Part shown: piece by piece, positions 38,447-46,660 of the stretch
Layout: each line of letters opens with the position of its first letter
How positions within the stretch are numbered: the first letter of the stretch is position 1
IMG/VR virus record: IMGVR_UViG_3300043447_000100
Coordinates: 1 to 64,000 of that record
Length of the DNA stretch: 64,000 bases
Direction: 5' to 3' (one strand)
From: a virus
Taxonomy: Duplodnaviria; Caudoviricetes
Notes under the pieces: model-generated
The model's input: only the letters and a program-made list of their open reading frames with translations
The model's database searches: none
Told to the model about the DNA's origin: nothing
Translations under genes and position numbers: made by a program

Positions 38447-40213
38447 ATGTCAACATACAAGAAACGCTTTTCAAACCCTAGTGGTACCCTTAGTCCAATT
38501 TCAGGCGCCCAAGCAGGCAACTGGAACAACAGTGCTGGTTCATCTACGGGCTACACTAACGACTTTGCGTTCAGAAACTATGGCAGTCGTCTACCAGAAG
38601 TCTACACTGGTCACCCTAACCGCGTAGAACGATACAATCAATATGAGATGATGGACGTTGATCCCGAAATCAACGCTTGCTTAGACATTCTAAGTGAGTT
38701 CTCAACTCAACAAAACGAGCACAACAAGACACCGTTTGATATCACATTCAACGAAGATCCTACACAAATTGAAGTCGAGCTAATCAGCAAGCAACTTAAA
38801 CAGTGGTGTAAACTAAACGAATTTGATACTCGCATCTTCAAAATCTTCAGAAACACAATGAAGTACGGCGATCAAATCTTTGTTCGTGACCCTGAGACAT
38901 TCAAGCTCTACTGGATCGACATGACCAAAGTAGTCAAGGTCATTGTCAACGAAAGCGAGGGCAAAGAGCCTGAGCAATACGTCTTACAAGATATCAACAT
39001 CAACTTACAGAACTTAACAGTCGCACAAAAATCTACGACTGACTTAGGTATGAACCCTGCTATGGGCTTCGGCGGCACTGCTGGCGGCGTTGGTGGTCAA
39101 GGCTACACAACACCTCAAGGTAAGCAAGCAAGCGGCGGCTCACGTTTTACACTCGGCATCAATGAAAACGCAATCGATGCTACACACGTTGTTCATCTAT
39201 CACTAACTGAAGGCTTAGACCGCTACTGGCCATTTGGTCAATCAGTCCTAGAAAACATTTTCAAAGTCTACAAGCAAAAAGAATTGCTCGAAGACGCTAT
39301 CTTAATCTATCGTGTTCAACGTGCGCCTGAGCGCCGCGTGTTCAAGATTGACGTTGGTAATATGCCATCACACATGGCTATGGCATTCGTCAATCGCATC
39401 AAAGACGAGATTCATCAGCGTAGAATCCCTACCGCACACGGCGGCGGTTCAACAGTAGACGCTACATACAACCCGCTATCAATGAACGAAGATTACTTCT
39501 TCCCAGTCAACAGTGAAGGCCGCGGTAGTACAGTAGAGATGCTACAGGGCGGTCAGAACTTAGGCGAGATTGATGACTTGAAATACTTCAACAACAAGTT
39601 AGCTCGTGGTTTACGTATTCCAAGTTCATATCTACCTACAGCACCAGACGAAGCAAAAACACCACTAAGCGATGGTCGTGTTGGTACTGCTATGATTGAA
39701 GAATATCGCTTCAATCAATACTGCGAACGCTTACAAAACTACATCTCTCGTAAACTAAACGAAGAATTCAAACTATTCTTGCGCTGGAGAGGCTTCAACG
39801 TAGATACAACCCTATTTGATTTGAAGTTCAACGCACCTCAAAACTTTGCTTCATATCGTCAAGCAGAGCTAGATACAGCACGTGTAAACACGTTCCAAAC
39901 AATGGCACAACTACCATACATGAGCACTCGTTTCTGTATGGAACGCTTCCTAGGCTTATCACAAGAAGAGATCAAACAGAATCAGAAATTGTGGCATGAA
40001 GAGCGCACTGAGCCTGAAGATTCAGATTCCGCAGCAAGCGGCAGCGATTTACGCAGTATCGGTATCTCTAGTGGCGATATTGAAGGCGATGAAGAAGTCG
40101 CTGATGAAATTGAAGGCATGGATCAAATGGGCGGCGAAGAAGGTATGGAGCAAATCGCACCAGTAGGCGGCCCAGAAGCAGGTGGCATGCCTCCACCAGC
40201 GCCACCGATGTAA
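38447..40213 (+). CDS. gp20: Portal protein
   Basis: LLEDAILIYRVQRAPERRVFKIDVGNMP, MNEDYFFP, LQGGQNLGEIDDLKYF...LRIPSS: T4 gp20 family signature. Confidence 0.95.
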   Translation: MSTYKKRFSNPSGTLSPISGAQAGNWNNSAGSSTGYTNDFAFRNYGSRLPEVYTGHPNRVERYNQYEMMDVDPEINACLDILSEFSTQQNEHNKTPFDITFNEDPTQIEVELISKQLKQWCKLNEFDTRIFKIFRNTMKYGDQIFVRDPETFKLYWIDMTKVVKVIVNESEGKEPEQYVLQDININLQNLTVAQKSTTDLGMNPAMGFGGTAGGVGGQGYTTPQGKQASGGSRFTLGINENAIDATHVVHLSLTEGLDRYWPFGQSVLENIFKVYKQKELLEDAILIYRVQRAPERRVFKIDVGNMPSHMAMAFVNRIKDEIHQRRIPTAHGGGSTVDATYNPLSMNEDYFFPVNSEGRGSTVEMLQGGQNLGEIDDLKYFNNKLARGLRIPSSYLPTAPDEAKTPLSDGRVGTAMIEEYRFNQYCERLQNYISRKLNEEFKLFLRWRGFNVDTTLFDLKFNAPQNFASYRQAELDTARVNTFQTMAQLPYMSTRFCMERFLGLSQEEIKQNQKLWHEERTEPEDSDSAASGSDLRSIGISSGDIEGDEEVADEIEGMDQMGGEEGMEQIAPVGGPEAGGMPPPAPPM

Positions 40214-40216
40214 TCA

Positions 40217-40224
40217 GATAAATA
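40217..40224 (+). promoter_or_regulatory. Late promoter GATAAATA, 7 nt before ATG 40232
   Basis: Seen directly. Confidence 0.7.
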
Positions 40225-40231
40225 ATATATC

Positions 40232-40456
40232 ATGTTGTTATTAGAGTTTTACCAAGGTCAAGTTCCTGAAGGCTATCAAGATATTGATAGCGATAAATCT
40301 GCGCCTAAGTGGAAAGAGGGTCGCAAAACTAAACTTACACTAGGCATGCTTAATAAAATGCGCAGAATGAAAGACGTTCAGACATTTGAAAGAGCAAATG
40401 ACCTCAAAAAAATCAGACAACAATATAAGCCACCAGAACAAGCACCTGGCTTATAA
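40232..40456 (+). CDS. Small basic head-module protein (74 aa), possible prohead core component
   Basis: Position after portal, own late promoter; stop overlaps the convergent HNH stop (TTATAA). Confidence 0.65.
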   Translation: MLLLEFYQGQVPEGYQDIDSDKSAPKWKEGRKTKLTLGMLNKMRRMKDVQTFERANDLKKIRQQYKPPEQAPGL

Positions 40457-40969
40457 GAACCAGATAGTCCAATTCTTGGCTGTTTGTAATTTGCCATTTA
40501 TCATTTGACTTATATTGCCTTGACTGGCACTAAGATTATATCTTTTTATGAAATCATTGATTTTCATCTCCACGATTTCTCCTGTCTTTAAATTCTTTAG
40601 CCTATAAACTGGCTTTTCTTTTCTTCTTGGTCTAGATAGTAAATGATCTGGCTTTCTGAGTTTTATGAAATTATGAGTGCCGGCATCCACTCTTTTTCTA
40701 TTAATTTCTCTGCTATGTTCTGATATCTCCCTAGGAGTCAATCTTAATTTTTGAGACAATAAAAAACAAGCTCCGTGATCACCTTGTCGCTTATGAATAT
40801 CGTAATGCTCTTGTAAAGTTACTGCTGTTAAGTTTTCTGGAGAATTATTTGAATGATTGCCGTCGATATGATGAATCTCATAGCTTCTTCCATCCGTCTC
40901 TTTGGGAATAATTCCGTAGTGTTTTTCGTAAATCTTTCTATATTTTGTCGTGCCGCAGTAAATACACAT
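40451..40969 (-). CDS. Free-standing HNH homing endonuclease
   Basis: YEIHHIDGNHSNNSPENLTAVTLQEHYDIH HNH motif, C-terminal NUMOD1-like HTH; AT-rich; opposite strand to the operon; GGAG RBS. Confidence 0.88.
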   Translation of the reverse strand: MCIYCGTTKYRKIYEKHYGIIPKETDGRSYEIHHIDGNHSNNSPENLTAVTLQEHYDIHKRQGDHGACFLLSQKLRLTPREISEHSREINRKRVDAGTHNFIKLRKPDHLLSRPRRKEKPVYRLKNLKTGEIVEMKINDFIKRYNLSASQGNISQMINGKLQTAKNWTIWFL

Positions 40970-40970
40970 G

Positions 40971-41021
40971 CTGATGCTCCAATAAGCGTTAGAGTAGTTG
41001 GGCCTGCCAGCCGCGAACTAC
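40971..41021 (+). ncRNA. Two-hairpin structured element antisense to the HNH 5' leader
   Basis: CUGAUGCU/AGCGUUAG (2 G-U pairs, + strand only) and GUAGUU-G-GGC/GCC-GCG-AACUAC; bracketed by convergent TAAATA motifs. Confidence 0.55.
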
Positions 41022-41026
41022 ATCAA

Positions 41027-41034
41027 TATTTATG
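41027..41034 (-). promoter_or_regulatory. Late promoter CATAAATA for the HNH gene
   Basis: Motif 57 nt upstream of ATG 40969. Confidence 0.65.
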
Positions 41035-41093
41035 ACTTATCCTACAAAAAAGTGTAAAAAATACGCATATTGAGCATACTTTTTTTGAAATAG

Positions 41094-41101
41094 CATAAGT
41101 A
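41094..41101 (+). promoter_or_regulatory. Variant late promoter CATAAGTA for the core-protease-scaffold-capsid operon
   Basis: Motif upstream of AGGAG RBS and ATG 41138. Confidence 0.55.
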
Positions 41102-41137
41102 ATAAACGAATGCCATTTAACCTACAGGAGAATAATA

Positions 41138-41992
41138 ATGAGCGCACAAAAGTTTGAAAAACTCATTGATCTAATCATCAATGAAGACCAAGAAAAAGCA
41201 GAACAATTATTTCACGAGATCGTCGTTGAGAAGTCACGTGAAATCTATGAATCAATCATCGCTGAAGAAGACCTAGAAGAAGGTGCTGATGAAGACCTAG
41301 AAGAAGGTTTAGAAGAAGAGCAAGACGCTTTAGAATCTGAAGAAGTTGCGATGGAAGACGAAGAATTCGGCGACGAAGAAGGCGAAGACTTAGGCGTTGA
41401 AGGCGACGAAGAAGATTTTGGCGGCGAAGAAGATTTCGGCGATGAGGCAGACCTAGAAGCCGGCGACGAAGAAGGCGAAGGCGACATTGAAGACCGCGTT
41501 ATCGACCTAGAAGACAAGCTAGACCAGCTAATCGCTGATTTCGAAGCTGAAATGGGCGGCAGTGATGAAGGCGAAGATGAATTCGGCGGCGCTGACGATG
41601 AAGGCGGCGAAGTTGCTGATTTCGGTGACGAAATTGCTGCAGGCGACGAAGGCGATGAAGTTATGGAAGCTGTTCAACTAAAGAAAGTTACAGTTAAGCA
41701 TGGTGACAATGGTGCTCAGACAAAAAGTCCAACACTACAAAACCCAAAGCGTCTAGAAACAGGCGGCAAGCCAGTAAAGTTTGACGGTGCTGAAACAGCT
41801 CCTACAGCTCCAAAGAAGCCATCAAACGCTTACTCTAAGGGTGAGAAGACTGATGACGCTGGTAACGTAAACAAAGTTGGCGGCAACGCAGGCAAACTAA
41901 AGCCAGCTGTTAAGCCAACGACAGCTCAAGCTAGTGGCGTAAACAACAAGAGTGTAGTTGGCGAGTCTCGCACAGCTAAGCGCCGCATCTAA
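41138..41992 (+). CDS. Highly acidic prohead core/scaffold protein (gp67-like role)
   Basis: Long Glu/Asp tract then Lys-rich C-terminus; between portal and protease; many L/I-x-E potential gp21 sites. Confidence 0.7.
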   Translation: MSAQKFEKLIDLIINEDQEKAEQLFHEIVVEKSREIYESIIAEEDLEEGADEDLEEGLEEEQDALESEEVAMEDEEFGDEEGEDLGVEGDEEDFGGEEDFGDEADLEAGDEEGEGDIEDRVIDLEDKLDQLIADFEAEMGGSDEGEDEFGGADDEGGEVADFGDEIAAGDEGDEVMEAVQLKKVTVKHGDNGAQTKSPTLQNPKRLETGGKPVKFDGAETAPTAPKKPSNAYSKGEKTDDAGNVNKVGGNAGKLKPAVKPTTAQASGVNNKSVVGESRTAKRRI

Positions 41993-42005
41993 GGAACATA
42001 GGGAA

Positions 42006-42710
42006 ATGGCATTGTACCTAGAAAGAGAGATAATGTTGCTAGAAAACACTAGGGCTTATCTCTATCGCTGGACCCACATACCTACTGGAAAGTGGTATGT
42101 GGGTTCGCGAACTGCTGTAGGTGCCCATCCAGAAGACGGATACTATTGTTCTAGCGCAGAAGTCAAGCCATTGATATTAGCAAACCCGCAAGAGTGGAAA
42201 CGTGAAATATTAGCTATCGGTGAACCACTATACATTCGTAATCTAGAGACAAAATATCTAACTAAAATTGAGGCTGCTCAGGATAGCATGAGTTTCAATA
42301 AGCATAATGGCGGTGATAAGTTTTACTTTACTGGAATGAATCACTCGGCTGAAACAAAAGAAAAGTTGAGAGTTGCGTTTACTGGTTCAAAACATTCAGA
42401 CGAAACTCGCGCCCATTTTTCTAAGATCAGACAAGGTGAAGGTAATCCATTCTTTGGTAAAAATCACAATGATGATACTAAACAGAAGCTGAGTGCAGCG
42501 GTGACAGGATTCAAGCACACTGACGCAGCTAAGGCAAAAATAACAGCAGCACAAACAGGCAAAGCTCGTTCGGCGAATGCCCGAAGTGCCATTTCTGCTG
42601 GAATAAGTAGCTTAGCGAAGAAAAAATGTAGTCACTGCGGCGGAGAATTTTCCCCAGCCCTCTTCGGACGTTGGCATGGTGACAACTGTACAAGGAAAGA
42701 TACAAAATGA
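42006..42710 (+). CDS. Free-standing Seg-like GIY-YIG homing endonuclease with NUMOD3 repeats (~234 aa)
   Basis: AYLYRWTH..GKWYVGSR...DGYYCSS; four HS/T-x-E/D-T/A-K/R repeats including GNPFFGKNH; C-terminal CSHC...RWHGDNC; start moved to ATG 42006. Confidence 0.85.
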   Translation: MALYLEREIMLLENTRAYLYRWTHIPTGKWYVGSRTAVGAHPEDGYYCSSAEVKPLILANPQEWKREILAIGEPLYIRNLETKYLTKIEAAQDSMSFNKHNGGDKFYFTGMNHSAETKEKLRVAFTGSKHSDETRAHFSKIRQGEGNPFFGKNHNDDTKQKLSAAVTGFKHTDAAKAKITAAQTGKARSANARSAISAGISSLAKKKCSHCGGEFSPALFGRWHGDNCTRKDTK

Positions 42711-43357
42711 ACAAGAGACTATTACAAGAATATCTTGCTCCCTCTTCAAACAGAATGGTCACTGAATCAGAAGCGAACTCTGAAGGTGGCAAGAGTTTCT
42801 ACATGAAAGGCATATTTATTCAGGGAGGAGTTCGCAACGCAAACGAACGAATTTATCCAGTAGATGAAATCGAACGAGCAGTAGCAACTATTACTGAACA
42901 AATTAAGAACGGCAACTCTGTTTTAGGTGAAGTAGATCACCCAGATGATCTAAAAATCAACTTAGATAGAGTTAGTCACATTATTACCGATATGTGGGTT
43001 GAAGGACCAACAGGCTTCGGGAAACTAAAAATTTTACCAACTCCTATGGGCGATGTTATCGCTAAGATGCTAGGTGCTGGTGTGAAACTCGGTGTCAGTT
43101 CACGAGGCAGCGGCAACGTTGACGAAATGACTGGCAAGGTCAGTGACTTTGAAATTGTCACTGTGGACATTGTAGCACAGCCAAGTGCGCCTAATGCTTA
43201 CCCAAAAGCAATTTACGAAGGTCTAATGAACATGAAGAATGGTCATAAGATTATCGAAAATCTAAAAGGCGACCGTAACAGTGCGAGTGTTCAGCGATAC
43301 TTGCAAGACGAAGTAGTTCGTCTTATCAAGGATCTAAAAATCAACAAGGGGAATTAA
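42707..43357 (+). CDS. gp21: Prohead core protease
   Basis: GIFIQGGVRNANERIYP, LGEVDHP, RVSH, LGVSSRGSG, DIVAQPSAPNA. Confidence 0.95.
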   Translation: MNKRLLQEYLAPSSNRMVTESEANSEGGKSFYMKGIFIQGGVRNANERIYPVDEIERAVATITEQIKNGNSVLGEVDHPDDLKINLDRVSHIITDMWVEGPTGFGKLKILPTPMGDVIAKMLGAGVKLGVSSRGSGNVDEMTGKVSDFEIVTVDIVAQPSAPNAYPKAIYEGLMNMKNGHKIIENLKGDRNSASVQRYLQDEVVRLIKDLKINKGN

Positions 43358-43359
43358 GC

Positions 43360-44457
43360 ATGTTTGATGCTATCAAACCACTACTTGAAAGCGGCCTTGT
43401 AAATGGCGAAACTGCTCAAGCTATCAATGAAGCATGGGAAGCAAAGCTAAGTGAAGCCCGCGAACAAGTTCGTAGTGAACTCCGTGAAGAGTTTGCTAGA
43501 AAATACGAACATGACAAGAACGTTATGGTCGAAGCCCTTGACAAGATGGTAACAGAAGGCCTTCAAGCTGAAATCAGTGAATTCCAGCAAGAGCGCCAAG
43601 CAATGAACGAAGACCGCGTAAAAGCACAAGTAAAGCTACGTGAAAACGCAAGCAAGTTCAATGAATTCATGGTTAGTAAGCTAGCCGAAGAAATCAAAGA
43701 ACTACGTGCTGACCGTCAAATTCAACTCGAATCACGTGAGAAGCTAGAGCAATTCGTTGTTCAAGCTCTAGCTCGTGAAATCAAAGAGTTCGAAACTGAC
43801 AAGCGTGCAGTTGTTGAAGCTAAAGTGAAGTTAGTAGCTGAAGGCCAAAAACAACTAGAAGCTCTAAAAGCTAAGTTCATCAGTGAAAGTGCTAAGAAAC
43901 TAAACACTGCTGTTACAGGTCAACTCAAAGGCGAAATCAGCCAGTTGAAAGAAGACATCAAGAGTGCTCGTGAGAGTGCCTTTGGTCAACGTCTATTTGA
44001 AGCGTTTGCTGCCGAATTCAGTGCTACTCACCTAAATGAGAAAGCTGAAACTCGCAAGCTAATGGCTCAACTAGAAGAAGCTCAAGTTCAACTAGCAGAA
44101 AGTAAAAAACAAATCGATTCTACTAAGCAATTAGTTGAGTCAAAAGAACGTGAAGTTCGCATCATCAAAGAGTCAAATCTACGTGAAAAAGCAATGGCAG
44201 AATTGCTAGGCACCCTAAACGAAGAGAAAGCTCAAGTAATGAAGAACTTACTAGAAAGCGTACAGACACCAAAGCTAAAGTCCGCTTTCGATAAGTATCT
44301 ACCAGCAGTACTAAACACTGTTGTTGAGACAAAGCCTGCTGCAAAGAAGGCAATGATCAGCGAGAGTATTGAAGTAACTGGTGATAAATCTGCCGTTAAG
44401 ACTGAAGTTGAAGGAGATGATAATCTCGTAGACTTCAAACGCTTGGCAGGGCTTTAA
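43360..44457 (+). CDS. gp22: Major prohead scaffolding protein
   Basis: Coiled-coil Glu/Lys-rich protein between gp21 and gp23. Confidence 0.8.
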   Translation: MFDAIKPLLESGLVNGETAQAINEAWEAKLSEAREQVRSELREEFARKYEHDKNVMVEALDKMVTEGLQAEISEFQQERQAMNEDRVKAQVKLRENASKFNEFMVSKLAEEIKELRADRQIQLESREKLEQFVVQALAREIKEFETDKRAVVEAKVKLVAEGQKQLEALKAKFISESAKKLNTAVTGQLKGEISQLKEDIKSARESAFGQRLFEAFAAEFSATHLNEKAETRKLMAQLEEAQVQLAESKKQIDSTKQLVESKEREVRIIKESNLREKAMAELLGTLNEEKAQVMKNLLESVQTPKLKSAFDKYLPAVLNTVVETKPAAKKAMISESIEVTGDKSAVKTEVEGDDNLVDFKRLAGL

Positions 44458-44487
44458 AAATCGACATATCTACAGGAGAAACATAAA

Positions 44488-45678
44488 ATGTCAAAAGTAC
44501 TATTAGAGAGCCGTTGGGGTGAAACCAAAGAAGCCCTCCTAGAAGGTCTCAAGGGCACAAAACGCTCAACAATGGGTGTTATCTTAGAAAACACCAAAAA
44601 GCAACTACTAGCTGAATCTTCAGCCGGTACAACAACTGCTGGTAACATTGCTACACTAAACCGTGTAATTCTACCAGTTATCCGTCGTGTAATGCCAACC
44701 GTTATCGCTAACGAATTGGTAGGCGTACAGCCAATGACAGGTCCAGTAGCTCAGATTCACACACTACGTGTACGTTATGCTAACAGCATGACTGACTCTT
44801 CAGCTGCAGCAACTTCAACAACAGCCGGCGAAGAAGCACTATCACCATTCAAGATCGCTCAGGCGTATTCTGCTGGTACAGGCGCTACTCAAACTGCTTA
44901 CACAGCTGCAAACACAGCCGCCCTAGAAGGCGCCGGTGGCCGTCAAATCAGTGTACAAATCTTGCGTCAAGCTGTTGAAGCTAAGTCACGTAAGCTACAA
45001 GCTCGTTGGACATTCGAAGCCGCTCAAGACGCACAAGCACAACATGGTATCGACGTTGAAGCCGAAATCATGGCTGCTCTAGCTCAAGAGATCACTGCTG
45101 AAATCGACCAAGAGATTCTATTGAGTCTACGTAGTCTAGCCGCTACAGAATTCACTTACAACCAAGCTACCGTTTCTGGTACAGCTACATTCGTAGGTGA
45201 CGAACACGCCGCTCTAGCTGTTCTAATCAACCGTACAGCTAACCTAATCGCTCAACGCACTCGTCGTGGCGCAGGTAACTGGGCTGTTGTTTCTTCTGAA
45301 GCTCTAACTGTTCTACAGTCAGCTACAACATCTGCTTTCGCACGTACTACAGAAGGTACATTCGAAGCTCCAACAAACACTAAGTTCGTTGGTACACTAA
45401 ACAACGCAATGCGTGTGTTCGTTGACTCATATGCTCCAACAGGTACAGCAGTACTAGTTGGTTACAAGGGTTCTTCAGAAACTGACGCTGCAGCGTTCTA
45501 CTGCCCATACGTTCCATTGATGAGCAGTGGTGTTGTTCTAGATCCAGCAACATTCGAACCAGTCGTATCATTTATGACACGTTACGGATATGTTGAGCTC
45601 ACAAATACTGCCTCTTCGTTCGGAAATGCGGCAGATTACTTGGGTGAAGTTGCAATCCAGAACGTTACGTTCCAATAA
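44488..45678 (+). CDS. gp23: Major capsid protein (compact, 396 aa)
   Basis: ILPVIRRVMP..IANELVGVQPMTGP, VEAKSRKLQARWTFEAAQD...HGIDVEAE, RTRRGAGNW, GYKG..ETDAAAFYCPYVPL, FMTRYG; AGGAG RBS. Confidence 0.97.
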   Translation: MSKVLLESRWGETKEALLEGLKGTKRSTMGVILENTKKQLLAESSAGTTTAGNIATLNRVILPVIRRVMPTVIANELVGVQPMTGPVAQIHTLRVRYANSMTDSSAAATSTTAGEEALSPFKIAQAYSAGTGATQTAYTAANTAALEGAGGRQISVQILRQAVEAKSRKLQARWTFEAAQDAQAQHGIDVEAEIMAALAQEITAEIDQEILLSLRSLAATEFTYNQATVSGTATFVGDEHAALAVLINRTANLIAQRTRRGAGNWAVVSSEALTVLQSATTSAFARTTEGTFEAPTNTKFVGTLNNAMRVFVDSYAPTGTAVLVGYKGSSETDAAAFYCPYVPLMSSGVVLDPATFEPVVSFMTRYGYVELTNTASSFGNAADYLGEVAIQNVTFQ

Positions 45679-45721
45679 TCAACCCAGGGATGGGAAGACC
45701 CGAGAGAGAAATCTCTCAAAC

Positions 45722-45748
45722 AAAAAAGAGGCCTTCGGGTCTCTTTTT
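45722..45748. terminator. Bidirectional intrinsic terminator between gp23 and the convergent endonuclease
   Basis: A-tract, AGAGGCC-UUCG-GGUCUCU stem-loop, U-tract. Confidence 0.88.
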
Positions 45749-46542
45749 CATTTATTATGTTTACATTTATCGCCGTGCCATCTACTATACATACCTGAGC
45801 TAACAATCTTATCGCAGTATGTGCATTGTTTCTTTATCTGTGATGGATGTTTACCAGTAGCAAGCATTGCGTTATTAGCAGCAGGTCCCAACAAGTTATG
45901 TATGCCAGCATCAATCATTCGTTTATTGTGTTCTGGGCCTAACCAGTTATGAGTTCCTTCTTCTATTCTTTTGGTATTAGTTAGACCACCAATAGCTGTC
46001 CCGTCTTCTCGTGTGCGCCATGGGTGTGTGCCTTCTCTGCTCCATTGTTTGGCTGGATTGTTCTCTCCTAGATTGATGTGAGTGCCTCGCTTCATCGCCA
46101 ACTTAGCATTACGACCATCTTTATTGGGATGATGCTCTAAAAATGCGGCAAGTGCTTCGGGGTCTCGATTCATCCAGTGTTTGTCTCCCCTTACGATTTT
46201 ATCAGGGTCTCGACGGGTCCAATGATTGTCGCCGCTAAGAGTGGCTGCTATCTCTGGGTTCTTCATCGGATTATCTTCACTAGTCCAGCCGACAGAACCA
46301 ATGGCGACATTCATGCAGTTTGGCTTACCAACATTCTCACTGAGATAACGCTGTTCGAGTTCAATAAGTGAATCTGTATCTTCTGCGTACTCCAGTATCT
46401 CCCGAGTAACATCAGTACGATTTTTTATAGAACGAGGCCAGTTGCCAGAACCAATATACCCATCATTGATATTGGACGTACTGTGTCTCCCGACATAGTA
46501 TTTGCCGTTCTTGTGAGTCGTCTTGTAGATGAAATGAATCAT
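45748..46542 (-). CDS. Free-standing Seg-like GIY-YIG homing endonuclease (~264 aa)
   Basis: HFIYKTTH..GKYYVGRHST...DGYIGSG, GTH/NH-W repeats, C-terminal CTYC...RWHGDKC; true start ATG 46542 (the ORF-track extension is promoter sequence). Confidence 0.88.
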   Translation of the reverse strand: MIHFIYKTTHKNGKYYVGRHSTSNINDGYIGSGNWPRSIKNRTDVTREILEYAEDTDSLIELEQRYLSENVGKPNCMNVAIGSVGWTSEDNPMKNPEIAATLSGDNHWTRRDPDKIVRGDKHWMNRDPEALAAFLEHHPNKDGRNAKLAMKRGTHINLGENNPAKQWSREGTHPWRTREDGTAIGGLTNTKRIEEGTHNWLGPEHNKRMIDAGIHNLLGPAANNAMLATGKHPSQIKKQCTYCDKIVSSGMYSRWHGDKCKHNK

Positions 46543-46548
46543 ATCACT

Positions 46549-46577
46549 ATTATAGCACACTTCTAACACGAAGTCAA
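46549..46577 (-). promoter_or_regulatory. Strong sigma70-type promoter TTGACT-N17-TATAAT with extended -10, 6 nt before the ATG
   Basis: Minus strand reads TTGACTTCGTGTTAGAAGTGTGCTATAATAGTGATATG. Confidence 0.85.
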
Positions 46578-46629
46578 CTGCCTGTCAAGCGAAATGGACC
46601 ACCGCCCGCCATTCAATATATCCATTTTA

Positions 46630-46637
46630 GATAAATA
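46630..46637 (+). promoter_or_regulatory. Late promoter GATAAATA
   Basis: 23 nt upstream of ATG 46661. Confidence 0.75.
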
Positions 46638-46660
46638 CTACATAAAGATAAGAACTCACT

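Noticed and set aside
41993-42710. Group I intron in gp21 encoding the endonuclease
   Set aside because: No non-coding sequence on either side to form an intron core; the endonuclease stop overlaps the gp21 start directly
31331-45678. Inteins in gp46, portal, protease or capsid
   Set aside because: No C/S...HN-C/S/T splice junctions or LAGLIDADG blocks; extra length in gp46 is explained by coiled-coil duplication
45682-45718. Small hairpins between the gp23 stop and the terminator (CCCA..TGGG, GAGAGA-AA-TCTCTC)
   Set aside because: Short, weak or sterically tight stems; cannot be distinguished from chance without homologues
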